A program made the position numbers and the translations under genes. Below the pieces are notes generated by a model. It was given only the letters and a program-made list of their open reading frames with translations. It searched no databases and had not been told where the DNA came from. From assembly GCA_964255285.1 (NCBI GenBank), contig CAXUUL010000029.1:1-58046 (forward strand): a stretch of DNA of 58,046 nt. The letters run 5' to 3'. This document shows, in pieces, positions 12,829-25,538 of this stretch (its first letter is position 1; each line of letters starts with the position of its first letter). The stretch is from Ionaspis alba. Taxonomy: Eukaryota.

Positions 12829-13956
12829 CTTTGCGGTGGGACGGAGACAGGCAAACACGTGATGTGAATAGGGCGATCACCCGCGAATAGCTAGAAGATG
12901 AGTTGGACTTCGTGGAGAGTCCTCGCGTTTTTCATCCTGAACGTGAACGATGAAGCAAATGAAGATACTAGGAAGGTCGGTTTGGCAGCTGGCACGGCTA
13001 TTTAAGTATATGACAAGCTCGGGAAAAATGAGCCCAAGGCAAGCGACCACAAAAGTGCTAGATTGTGGAGTAATTAGAGAATGATTGGAGTGCAAAGGGG
13101 TGGTATTCTACACGGGACCATACGAGAACCTCCATCACTCATCGTCTGGATGCGGAGGTTCGGTATTGCGGTGAGTCCACAAGTCCGAGAGCGACGCTAA
13201 GCTGTTTTGCATACATTCTCGTAAAAAGCTCTTATCGACACCAACAGATGCCAAGCCTGAAGCCGCTCTCGGTTTGTTCGGCCTTATCATACTTGTAATT
13301 TCTGATCGTGCAGGCGGCTTGGAAGAGTGACTTGGAAGTCAATAACGCTGACTAAGCAGTCAGCTGCGTCACATCGCATATGCAGATCATGTCAGATTCC
13401 AATCCAGATTGCGATCGAGATGCCGATCCCGAGTCTGCAGCTCCAGGACCTTAGTAACAACAAGACCGGACATGCAACGTATACTGATGATGATAGAAGG
13501 ACATCCTAGGTTTTCACATCAAGGATGCCGGGTAGCCATAGCTCCAAAATACACTCACATAGAAATCCCCCCCAGGCGGAGTATCACGATGGCCCAGTCG
13601 TTGTGCCAGGGCTGGTCGACATTACCTGCAAGACGGTCTGATTATGCATATGTATGGATGCATCGTAACATCCAGACAAACTACATCATAGGCGTCTTCC
13701 GCGTTGGGCCATACCATTTCAGTATCTTATGGAGATTATGGAAAAGGTTCATAGCTTCTCGAAACCACACTCCCTTACGGACCCGCCAACGCGATATATT
13801 TACAGCAGATTATCTCCCCATCCGTCATGATATATTCAAAGTTAGACTTTATTACCAACCAGCTCATGCCATCCTCTTGTCTGACTCGAAACTCCCATGG
13901 ACCTTGAATGCAATACTTACCTGACTCCGAGCTGTTATGCATAGACAGACCGACGT

Positions 13957-15729
13957 TCATTTGTAAAATAAAGCTTCTACCAAGTAGATCAAGCCAAACA
14001 CCAGGAAGGCAAAACCACCACCAAGAGTCACTACGTTTCTCGTTAGCAGCAGCTGATGACATATTGGAAGGAGGAAGCACTCGCCGACTCTCAGGCTGAC
14101 ACGCCCAGCAATCGCTCTTCCACCAATCACTGCCACCATGAGGCAGATTGCATGTCCGCTCAAGACCCCTCCTGTAACCCACCAATAATCCTGACCGGCA
14201 GCCATAGCAATAGTAGCGATCTGACTGCGGTCACCCCACTCTCCCAGAAATGTCATGACAAAGGTTTGCACCCAGGCAGGACTCAGGAGAAGCGAGAATA
14301 GATTATTGACTCCACTTAAAGCATTGGAAATGCCCGACCCTCTATTTGGCGAAGGCGAGCGGGAGTCTGGCGACGAGGGAGGTGAATCAGGAGGAGCGGG
14401 CAATCGCGAATTGGACCGAGACTTGCGAGATCCCAGTCGACCCGATTCCAGCATGTAGGGTGTGATGGAGGATCTTCGTCGTCCCATCTTCCGCGCCAAT
14501 TGTTCCTTCTCTTCGAGCTCCATCTCCACCTCTTTCATCTCTTCGCTGACCCCTTCGTGCGGGCTGATTGCATAGCCCTCTCTCAGCATCTTGATCCCGA
14601 AGACGAGGAAGAGCGCTGCTGCTGCAAAATTGGTGAAGCGTACGGGTATCAGTGTCGGAACAGCGTGGCCAAGAACTGCTGACAGAATAGTCATCACTAT
14701 CAAAGCCGGAAAGGCGGCTGAGAAGACGAATAGAGGAGGATGTTTCATGGCCATAAGTGCGGCAATGAGGAAGGTTTTATCTCCAATCTCAGAGAAGATG
14801 ATCATGGTGAAGGAGAGAAGGAAGGAGTGTAACGGTTGTATCAGAGTGGCTGATTCGACAAGAGAAGGTTTGGCATATGGCCCAGCAGGCTTCGTTATCT
14901 CAAGATGATCTTCTTTTGAGGCGCTCGCAGGAATTGGATGTGGGATGTCGTGGGGCTTTTCCGGAAGATCACTTGGTTTCTACAGAATCCATCAGCACGA
15001 CGTTTGGCGACACCCCATCAAGACAGTGTCACATACCTCAAGACCTCCTATCTCCTTCTCCGCCGTCTTCAATTTCTCCACATCCTCCTTTCCAAGATTT
15101 TTGTCCGGCTCGTGTGACTCCTTTACCTCCTTGTGCGCAAGCTTCTCCTGCTCACTATGAGGCAAAGGTGGCGCTTCTTTCGGTTTCTCTGGAGTTTTCT
15201 CGGATTTTGTACCATCCTGACCTGCTTGCGCTTTCCTGTCTCTGTTCTTCTCTGATATCCCACCTTCTGTTCCCCTCGTGCCTTCTGCTGGACCAACTCT
15301 ATTAGGATCATCCATCACCCCGTCATTGGATTCCGGCAAAGCAGAATCCCACCCTTCCGAGTGTGATGTTCCTTTCGGTGCAGCCTTTGGAGCTGGCTTC
15401 TTGCTTGTCAATGGAGCCTCTTCGTCGCCACTCCCCTTCGCCTTCTTTCTATCTCGCTCTGCCGCTGTCTCGACGAATGGTCCTTCATGAGGTCTACCAT
15501 CCTTCCCATCGACCGGTGCATCATGGGTGCCAATCACGATAGGTGATGTAGGTTTTGCGAGTAGACTTGCGGCCGGTGTGGGATTAGGGCCTTGTTTGGA
15601 CTGAGGGTCCCTTAAAGCCTTTCCCTCCGCCAAGTCAGCAACATGTTCGAGAGTAACGTGCGCATGGATTAGTGGAATAATTCGAAATAAAAGTAGAGGT
15701 AAATGTAGTCGTTGTTGTCTTAATCTCAT
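13957..15729 (-). CDS. GDT1: GDT1/UPF0016 family Golgi Ca2+/Mn2+ transporter with long fungal N-terminal extension
   Basis: Two EXGDK/R motifs (SEIGDKTF, GEWGDRSQ) and a signal-peptide-like N-terminus. Introns at 15036-14980 (GT-AG) and 14084-14031 (GC-AG). Confidence 0.9.
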
Positions 15730-16157
15730 GGCGTTGGCCTGAGATTGTCAAAGCTGCGGTCTGGCTCGAAAAACAGGCAGATGAAGCTGAAATTTGTGGA
15801 AGGCGTAAATTTGTGTCATGTGGCAGTCACTATGGTACAGAGAACGAATCGTGACATGTGGAAGATCAGATTGTTTTGCTGAGAGGCTGTACTTCACGGA
15901 CCTTTGTGATTTTGGAAAGCATCAGCGTTAGTTGGAACTTGGCTCAAAGAAGTCGCTCTTAATGGGGCGTGAGAGCGTAATCACGTGGAAATCAGGCGCT
16001 AATTTGCCGCAGGGTCCTGATGCCAATCCCGTCGCAATCAGCCACAACAAACACTGCCTCCTGGAATCATCAATTTTTGCATTGACATGATACTCCCTTG
16101 GAGCAGGCATCCGAGAGGTTTACTGTGTCCACACTCTCTACACTGCACCTTCTTGTA

Positions 16158-18962
16158 ATGGCTGAACGTCAGACTGCACGCTCCTCGAGTCGGCGCAATA
16201 CTCCTCAGTCTCCTCCAAAAACTGCTCCTCCACACACGACGGCCCGCAGCCCGCAAGTACAAATCAGACGAAACACAAGGAGCCATAGTCGTGATCTCGA
16301 CGGCTCCGAAGTTGATCTTCCCCGGCCTCGACGTGGTGTTCGTGGAAAAAGTGCGGAACTTCCTGACATACACGCGAGCAATAAAGCTGGATCAACCAGA
16401 TCTACGCAGCTTGGGCGAGGTACGTCACTCGCCAGTCCCTTTTACAAGCAAGACTTACAGATTGCTTGTAACAGGCCTATCTACAGTACCTGAAGACTCT
16501 GATAACGGAGACCAAGATGGAGGCAAGCACGAACTGAACGCCGGGGATGCCAATGTCAGCACCCACCAAACGAGCTTTTCCAAGAGCAAATCGCCTGGAG
16601 CGCTGTCGGTCATCTCCGGAACAACAGCTCAAACCTCTCATTCTGCCCTAGAGCTGCAGGACCTGAGTAAATATGAAATGCTGGCTCATCTACCCGAACT
16701 ATCAAATGCCTCTGACGGTATTCTGAGTTTTCTTGCACCTAGGAGTGTCTCCGAATCACGCTACGAGGACTTGGTGAAGGAACTTCAAGACGCCAGGTCC
16801 TTGGCAAGTACGATTCTCGATCGTTTGGCGAGAAACTTTTGGGATCAGAAGGAGGTGTACGGTAGTGACTCGTACATCAATACTAGCATAGCTCTTCGAA
16901 GCTTGCTTACTGTCAGATCTCTCTCTGACGTCGGTGAAGGGCCTTGGCGACCTGACGAGTTCTTCTACAAGGCCAATCTTGCTATTTTGGTCAAAGACCT
17001 ATATTCAGCGCGTTTTATGTCCAGGAGTATTAACACTCCTCTGGATAAGTTGGAGCGAGACTTTCCAGCACCATTTCTTTCACACATTGTCAAGACGAGA
17101 ATAAGAGAGGCACAGCTTCCTGGGGAAAGTAACATGTTGAAAGCGACTTTTGAACTGGCGCTTGATCTTAGAACACAGTATTTCTTAGCTCTCGCGAATC
17201 ATCATTCTCGTGCAGAAAACTTTGATCCCGATCTACTGCTCAGGAAACTGTTCTATAGCAATTCAAAATCACTCAAGGGCTGGGATGTGGAAGGGATGCG
17301 GATGACGGATTTGTCGAAGCAACACTGCGACTTGATCATCCAGAGAATGAAGAGCATTAAGCAATGCTTCAGGGAACTCAGAACAGACATTCCAGACGTG
17401 GCCGGTGAACAAGTGGTCAACTTCGAACAGTTGGAGGATCGTTTTTCTTGGATAAGTTTCGTCGCTGGACTTGTGTCCTGGGCCAGGCTGCGTGACGACG
17501 AAATCAAAGCTCACATCGATACCCATAACGGAATTTACGGAATTCAGAAGGCTCTCGAGGTAAAGGTCAAAGAAGGAGTTGCCAGGTCTGAACAATCGGG
17601 TCGTGGTGAAAGTCCGGTTATCCAACTTGACTATCCAACACTATCTGATCTATTAGACCATGGTCGTTCCGATCAGCCCGAGATCATTGTCCCAGATCAA
17701 TCCCACGTACAATCAACGGGAATTCAGAATTCCCTAAAAGCCTCTTCGTGAGTCAAACCTGACCATAATATCAATACACCTTGTATAACACTACTGACGT
17801 GCTGCTCAGTTTCGACTCGCCCTTCTCCATACAGCATGTCAAAAAAAAAATTCGAGGATCGAAATCGAAGGCTCAAAAGCTGACGACCTCTTCCGCAAAC
17901 AACGGGATAATACGACCGTTTCCTTCCACCGCCCCTCCATCATATCAAACTCGACAGCAAGTGGCAAGTGGCAAAGACATTACGCCCAAGGTCCCCGGTG
18001 CTGCACCTGTATCTCTGTTGGCAAACAGAGCACTTAATGCTGACGTTGATGACGGGTGGCAACCCCCTATTGAAGACGACGGGACGGATTTAATTTCAAA
18101 GACGGGGAATACGACAGCCCAGGAACAACGGCTCATAGTGGAGGCATATAGTCAGAACCTACTAGAGGGCGATAAGGAGAATCATTTCGACTCCGCGGTA
18201 ACGCCAGCCGTACCTCACAAGTCACGAACCTTCATCGACCCACAACCTAATGCTCAGAAAATCTCCTTTGACACTCAAAGTTCGAGCCAGCAACACAACC
18301 CGAGCAGTTTGCGAGCTAAAAGACGTCGAGACGAAGAGAGATCATCCAGTCCCTCGGAGGACGAAGGCTTTCAGAATGATAACAGACAAGAAATAATCAG
18401 GCGAAAGCCGATATCTTCCATTTCCGCCACAAGACCGAACGGGAAACGACCTCGTGTCACGGAAGCAGCACTTACTACCGCGAGAGCGTCCAGCTCTCAC
18501 GATGCCTTAGAGGCCGAGGCTGACGAACCTGCAATGACTCCTCTAGAGACCATTCAAGCATCAAATGATGGAGCAAGGAATAGGATGCGAGCAATGCTGT
18601 CCACTAGACGACCGCAGAAGAGGTATCCCTGGACCGCCGAAGAGACCGAGGTCCTGCTAGATCTCATTACGGAGCACGGAATCAGTTGGTCTTACCTCAA
18701 GAAGTTGGATCGCGACGGAAACAATGTGTTGGAAAGGCGTGACCAGGTAGCTCTCAAAGACAAGGCAAGGAACATGAAGATGGATATGTTGATGTAGGTC
18801 CGATCCCGGCGTTTTTGACATCTTGGGTTGCTGACGATGCGCTCCCGCAGCAATGGCCAGACGCTCTTGGAAAATTTCGATCTTGTCCCGCTCAGAGCTA
18901 GTGACACTACGAAGCTCAGGAGAATGGGTGTTGAGCTCGATGAAGACAGTGGAGAAGCTTGA
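16158..18962 (+). CDS. Large protein with C-terminal telobox-type (Tbf1/TRF-like) Myb domain, 4 exons
   Basis: Introns 16420-16474, 17748-17809 and 18794-18850 join ORFs 16098, 16291 and 17781 in phase. C-terminal RYPWTAEETEVLLDLI..HG.SWS.LK..D...L.RRDQVALKDKARNMK matches the telobox Myb signature. Confidence 0.8.
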
Positions 18963-21460
18963 ATCTTTGGCTCTGTGTAATGGCTTTCTGGTTGCAAGGA
19001 GGCCGTCTGAGGTGATACCTTGTTCTTTCTGTTCGATACCCCTCCCTTGCGACAGACTCTGAAAACTGGAATGGCATAATTTTAGCTTTGGCGTTCGTTG
19101 CGAATGATAACGATCGGAGCTGGTAACAGCGACCTGGATTTCGTCCTTTATCGAGCAGCTGTCTTTCTTTCCTGTCGTAAGACCTTATCTACAGAAGAGG
19201 ACATCAAGGCAGAGGTACGGTACTGAGTGAGAGGGAGCCTCTTCGCGATGGCGCGACGTTCCCCATTATATCTCTGGAGATGCAGTGAACTTCTGCCTGG
19301 CCGCCTTGGACCCTCGTCCTGGTTCTTAAAGTACCAAGGCGGGTTATATGTCCCTTCCGCTCCCACCCCATTTGAGCCCTCGGATCGAAAATGTGCCCTT
19401 CTGGAAAGCCTTTAGCCAGTACGCTCGAACTTTTTCAACCATCGATAATACCGTCACCCATGAATGATCTGCAGCCGTTGAATCATCCCTGCATGAGCAC
19501 TGTCGGAAGAGATGTTCGCTTATCTTCGAGCCTACGTTGCACCTGATTGCATAAAATGCGTTACCTTCAAATGATATATCTCTTTCAAGTAGTCCGACAG
19601 TTCCAGACATGTATCGCGCCTTCTTAGAGAGCGGAGCCGAAGACAATTATTGGGATTCGGGAGCAAGGTCGGCACACTCGACTTTGTTGAGGTGGCTCGA
19701 ACACAGTGACCAGTGAGGGGTTCTCCTTGCGCCTCACACTGATCCGACGACTTACTTGATTGGACCACAGAGCTTGTCACTGAGTTGTTCTGAGCTAAGA
19801 TACGCATGGTCTCGCGGGGAAATCTCAAGAGCATCATGAAGTAAATTTATCAATTCGAGAACAAAAATTTCCAAACCGATACGAGCAGAGGAGCCCAATT
19901 CCACCCCTTGAACCCCATCAACCCCTCCAACCACCCTGTCACCCTTCCTCCTCACCAGAGCACCGCAAGCTCTTCCCTCCACGCCTGCACCCCCAGGGTG
20001 AACAGTACCACAGCTGCAACACCACCAACACCAAGGTTGTCCCTGACAGCACCCCCGGACGCCCACCGTGGACCGGCACGCTGGGGCTCGGGGGGCGGAG
20101 GAGGAGGAGGACGATGATGGCGAGGGCGAGGGCGGGCGAGGGAGGTTGAAGAGGTGGAGGAGGAGGAAGAGCCGAGGAACTTGCAGATTTTGGTTGTTGG
20201 GGACATTTTTCTCTATGTATTAGCTCTTTGCTATCAAACTTTCAATTATTGAAGTGCAATTGCATAACTTACACTTCGAATTCCGTCAAAAGACTGAGGA
20301 AGAATTCCACAGCTGGGGCATCTACGATTATAAGCTGACTACGCTTCACGTGGGCATCGGCTGCCGTGCAGTACGTCTCTACTGCCTTTGTCATCTCCTC
20401 GGCTGGGAGCAGCCAATGCGAGTTGTAGAAGCCCGTTAAAAAAAGTCGAATGGGATTGTTGAGCTTCGACGAAAGCCTGACGTTGACGATATCTCCGGCT
20501 TTGGCCCCTTTCTCCGCCCGAAGCGGCCGATCGACGCATCTCCAGACCCACGAGCAAAGGCGATCGCCGTAAGCGGATCTATGTGAGATACCCCCGTTGG
20601 CAGAGATTTCTATTCCCTCATCATCATCATCATCATCGGGTGGAGCAGCCAATTGCAAGCTAAAGGTCACATCCGCAAGCAAAGTCAATCGACAGCAGCT
20701 GACCTTGAAGAGCTCCATAGCTCACGGAGACTCCTACATGGCGGTCAAGCTGAAGATCAATCGGATGCGAGCTCCAGCACATTGACTTTGTGGTCCGGGA
20801 TGGAAGCTCAACAGCGAAGGCCTCGATTGGCTCGGACCATGGCGTCTCTCGCAAAGAGCTTGAGCTTGGGCCCGAGGTTCGTGTCTAGCTCCATGCCTTC
20901 ATTGGAAAGGTGTGTCACGTCAACGACTTTCTGACAGCTAGCGAATGTCCGAAAGCTTCGATTGCGGGTACAACCGTCTTTAGTGGATGGAACAGTCCGT
21001 TTGGAGCACTAGCGTGTATCAATATTGACTTTCCAGGGTCCTTCCGTCGCCTTGGCGCTCAATTTTCCCTAGTTCGAACTTGTTTGGCGAGCGACCTCGA
21101 GATCGCACCGGCCGAGCCGATTGCCAAGCAGACCCGCGCCCGGCTTCACGTGCAAAACGTGCGTTGAGTACCATCTCCGCAATCATCCTTTCCGCGTCGT
21201 CGACATCATGATGGAGCGGAACACAAGCTTCCTCGGAGGCCAATGTTTGATGAGTTTGATGCCTGAGAGCATTGGGCTCCTAATCCCTTTCCTCCCCTCC
21301 CATTCTCCTTTCCTTCTCCTCACACATTCCAACAGTGTTCTTTGACTTCTCCTGAAGTCTTCCTCTTTCCTCACATTTTCCACAGTTTCTCACATCTTTC
21401 ATCACTCTACCAGCACTTGACTGTCTGTACTGTCAATCTTTCCACTGACAACGGACCCAC

Positions 21461-23909
21461 AATGCCTTCGCAGGGGGAAAGACGTGCCTCTGGATTCGAC
21501 CTCTCTCCTCCGGAGGCGAGGTTCCCTCGTCTTGGTGAAGTTGTCTCTTCACCAGCTGCCTCTTCCTTTCCTTCTTCGTCTAGTCCTGTTTCTGGGCTTC
21601 TGTCTTCCAATTTCACTCTTGTCGCTGGCTCCTGTGATGTCCCTTCTGGTCTTGGCTCGCGTTCCGGTGCGGGCAACTCCTCAATCCCTTTTCCTGTCCC
21701 GGCCCCTTCCTCAGGCTGTGGGCTTGCTGAGCTTACTTCTGTTGACTCCGTTCCTGGTTCTGGTTCTGCTTCAGCATTTCCTTCGTCTTCTGCTTCTGTT
21801 TTCTCTCATCTGGTCCATGATCATTCTTCCGCTGTTCTTTCAGGTTCTGATGCTGCTCCTGCTCGTATGTCTGCTGGTTTGTCCTTGATCACTCCGTCAT
21901 CTTCTCTTCCTTCAGCTTCTTTGATCTCTCCAGTTTCGTTGTCTTTGCAGCCTGAAGCAGGCCCTTATCCGTGGAGAATTTGAGCCTACCGATGTTCCAA
22001 ATGCCCGGATCTATAGGCTCCAACTGTCTGAAGATGAAGGCGAGACTACCGAAGAAGAAGACTGGACTCCTCGATCTGTGCCAGCTGCCAGCGGCCAGAG
22101 GTCCACGCACACCATCCGCCAGGAGCCTAAGGACAAGGAACTCACTGATGATGATGATGATGATGATGTTGATGATGATGCAGGAGATCTCTTGTTGAAT
22201 CGCGCCGAGTCAGAGCTGGTGTTGCCAATGCCGAAAGCATTGAGATCGGGAGTGTCAGGCATGTATTGTCTACTTGCTTACAATTGCCACAGAGCTGACT
22301 GAAAATAGTTCCTACGCCTGAAATCCAGCAGCATGATCGCTGGTATGCTCGGATTGTCCATTCTCTTCTTGACGGCGCATTCGAGATTGAAGTGACTGCA
22401 CCTTTCCACGATCGAGTCAATGTGTCAATGACTCATGGTATGTGGCGATTCCTTCGAACTAAGTCGAAACCAGAGCAACGAAAAAAGCTAGTGGCTACTA
22501 TTCTCCATCCAGATGTCATCGACCGAGAGGTCAAACAGAGACTTGGTTCTCGAACTTGGACCAAGGAAACTTTCCTTGGATTAGCAGCTGAGATCCCTCC
22601 CCGTCACTTTGGCATTTATGCCATCTTCAGGATTGGTCCTGGTGTCGCTAATAAGTCTGGTGTAGATGGATACGTTGGTTTCACAAGCCGTCGACCACGT
22701 AAGAATACCGATGGCACTCATAGCAGCATGGCTGACTGCGAACTAATTGTCAGGATTCGAGAGCATCAGCGCTTCATTGGCCTCGGCGAGGCGGAGATGA
22801 AGAGAAGAAAGCAAGAGAGGTTTGGGGATTCGGATATCCTGACGGTTCACTTCCTTTGCGCGAAGCCGAACACTACGTTTCAATGTCATACAATAGCTAA
22901 GTTTCCTGCGATTCTTGATGATAGCTATGCTTTGCCCCAATTGCAATGCTTACTCTCTCCAATGGAGACAGTCAGTATGATCTATACTGAATCCCTCAAT
23001 TGGATCGGAACCGCAGCTTGGAAAATGGCCTATGTTTCTCGACCCGATGACATGCCGGATTCCCTATTCGCTGGTATGAATTATGCCCTTCCTCTCCGCC
23101 AGGGCGTCAATGGTCTTACTCCGGAGAACCCTTGGACTCCCAGAGAAGCTGCTTCTCTTCGCAACTGGTTTTTGGATCACTTCCAGGAGTCCAAATTTTT
23201 GATCATCAATGATTCTTTGTTTGCCCTGGCTACCAAAGCCCATCTGGAAAGGGGACATGCCACTAGGACGGAGTATGCCATCAGATCCCAATGGCGCAAA
23301 ATACGAGAAAGTTTCAGGCAACAACATCCGGATTGGTCTGGTGCAGATGACTGGACACCCGAAGAGACAGCTGCCTTTCGGCACCAAGTGGAAAGGAAAC
23401 TCATGGCCGACAGAGATCAAGGCTCTCACTACGACTTGCTGAAACTTCCATATGCTTTCTTCCATGGCCAGCTCGAGGATGCCTTCCCAAGCAGGACCTT
23501 GGATGGAATTTGCAAATTCTGGAGGACCTACCAACGGACCTGGATAGCTATTGATGCTAATGGCTGAACATTTCTCAATCGACGTTGGAGCAAGGCTACG
23601 CAACAGACCCATCTCTACGTGCCAAATGGATGGATCATTGCTAGGAGGACTACTCTATTGGACACCGTGAACGCCAAACAGCAACGCCTGCAGCAAGAAG
23701 GGACTTTGGTATGTGTTCCCAGCCCATCTCATTGTGTTTTTGAAGATATAGCTGCTGTGATGAACCGGCATTTCAAGCCCGTAATAACCCGATCTCTTGC
23801 ATATCGTCGGAAGAAGGTGAACACGAGGTCTTCTGGGCCGTGGGTCAAGAATCTCGGTTCGGGTTGGGAGTTGATGGGTCATCGATACCCTAAGCCATCA
23901 AATAAATAG
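21461..23909 (+). pseudogene. Disrupted gene: Ser-rich N-terminus, acidic tract, GIY-YIG-like nuclease domain, tandem Myb/SANT-like repeats
   Basis: GIY (22611), YVGFT (22671), RIREH (22752), a later E and GMN; WT..E...RT......W repeats at about 23130-23294 and 23349-23522. GC-AG intron 22259-22308 joins the acidic exon in phase. An in-frame TGA at 23565-23567 is followed by the same open frame to 23909. The junction near 21870-21960 is unresolved. Confidence 0.6.
22147..22180 (+). repeat. (GAT)n microsatellite encoding a poly-Asp tract
   Basis: gatgatgatgatgatgatgatgttgatgatgatg seen directly. Confidence 0.9.
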
Positions 23910-24863
23910 GTGTAAGTACATATCCTTCCTGTATCGCTAATAGCTCCTTAGGACTATTCTTTTGGAGCATTGCTCCCTTGCTTTTCATCATTTGAAAAGC
24001 TTGTCTGATCATGTGGAGAAGATCTGGTCCTTCAATCGATCACTATTACATGGAGATATGTGAGTTAGGAGATGCCTTCCGTCATATTTGGGCTGGTCGG
24101 GTGTAAGTTCTACTTCTATGTGCCGTAAAGTTTTGCTCGTGCGCCTCAATCTCGACTTCTACGATGAGAGAACGGGGGCTAAAGCGAATAGGCCCAGTGT
24201 CTTTGTATATCAGCTTACTTCAGGAGGTGAATCCTCCATCCATCTTCCACAACAATTGCAGACCTTGCCTCCGAGAATACCCGCGCTCTTCTCGATCGAG
24301 CTCTCGATCGATCAAACCTCTCAATCTCTACGAATCCATATTTCGGCCCAAATGGTCATTTCGGGAAACAATTTTTAATGAACAACAACATTTTGGAAGC
24401 GGAGAGCCAATATTTAAACGATGCATTCGTCTCAAATTGAGAACTAGGATTTCCGATCCCGGAAGAGCATGGAGCAGAAGCTTCGGTCATGGAGAGGACG
24501 ACTTTCGGTCTTACTGTCAACAACATAGACCTCTCCCGATTGCCATGGCCACGTGATGTTCCAGAATTCTCTTCAACAGCTTTCGCGTTCTTGGACAGCA
24601 CTATCTTCAACTTTTTGAGAGAGTTTAAAGACGAAGCTCCCATTCCCAAGTCAAGAACATCTCACCACAGGCCCGAAGGATTTTTTGCGGAAGCATTAAA
24701 GGCATGGCAAACATTTCCAGGACTCCAAAGGGTGTCTGGCTGACTTGGCCACCGGGGGAGAAGTGTTTTCTGTGGCACGTTATAGTCGAATAGTTGTTGA
24801 TGTCGAGTGCACTGATGTTAAGAATTGATTGACGAGGACAGTCGGAATCTGTATGTCCTGAAG

Positions 24864-25025
24864 GACGGTTTTCTTATGTAAGATCATATGTCAACCTTGG
24901 TGAAATGACTGGCTCTGCATTTGCATGCAGTAATGTGACTTCGGTGTTCGGATCTATATTCGAAGTCTATCATAATATTAGGACTTTCGAGCCTCTACCC
25001 TACGCAGGGCCGAAGGTCCGGAGGA
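24864..25025. repeat. Dispersed repeat, short copy (shares three blocks with 45426-46076)
   Basis: GACGGTTTTCTTATGTAA (24864-24881), GTGACTTCGGTGTTCGGA (24935-24952) and CGAAGGTCCGGAGGA (25011-25025) recur identically, in the same order, at 45426, 45486 and 46062. Confidence 0.85.
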
Positions 25026-25538
25026 GGCGAAACAAATACGGGCAAAATGCCTATACTGTGTAGAATATACAACGAATCACTGGATCATTGAGGAAAGGAG
25101 GGTATCCCTCCATAAATGTAAGAACTGATACAAAATCACCGTAGGGATCCGCCCAATACACACATACACAGACATGAATGTAAAAACGAGGGATGGATCC
25201 TCAACAAAATATTCGCTCGACAAACCGCTACCCCCGGCCTTCTCGCTGTCGAGAATGTGGTCCCCTAGTCTATGTAGTACTGAGCAAAAGTATTCGTTAT
25301 GGAATTTCTCATATCAGCCTTGGCGAAATGATTGGCTCCCTTTTGCGTGAAGTAGCGCGACTTCGGGGTCGGAGGAACTCCCGGGTTGTCCCGCCAAGAA
25401 ACGATGTCGAAAGGCGGAAGCATTAGGAAATCTTGAGACGATAGGACTGTGCATCCAACCTCCCAATCATTGTTGCACAAGAATATCTACGCGACTTATG
25501 GAGAATACAAGCAGAAACTCGATCTATGCTCTTACACA

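Noticed and set aside
13409..13924. 171-aa + strand ORF between the DUF3112-like gene and GDT1
   Set aside because: Non-ATG start, no recognisable motifs, and it overlaps the presumed GDT1 3'UTR antisense.
15980..15987. ATCACGTG between GDT1 and the Myb gene (also CACGTG at 12856)
   Set aside because: A single hexamer/octamer is expected by chance and fits several bHLH factors; no independent support.
24811..24850. TGACGAG-GAC-A-GTC-GGAA resembling a hammerhead core near the island end
   Set aside because: Lacks the exact CTGAnGA/GAAA core, and no supporting stems I and III were found.
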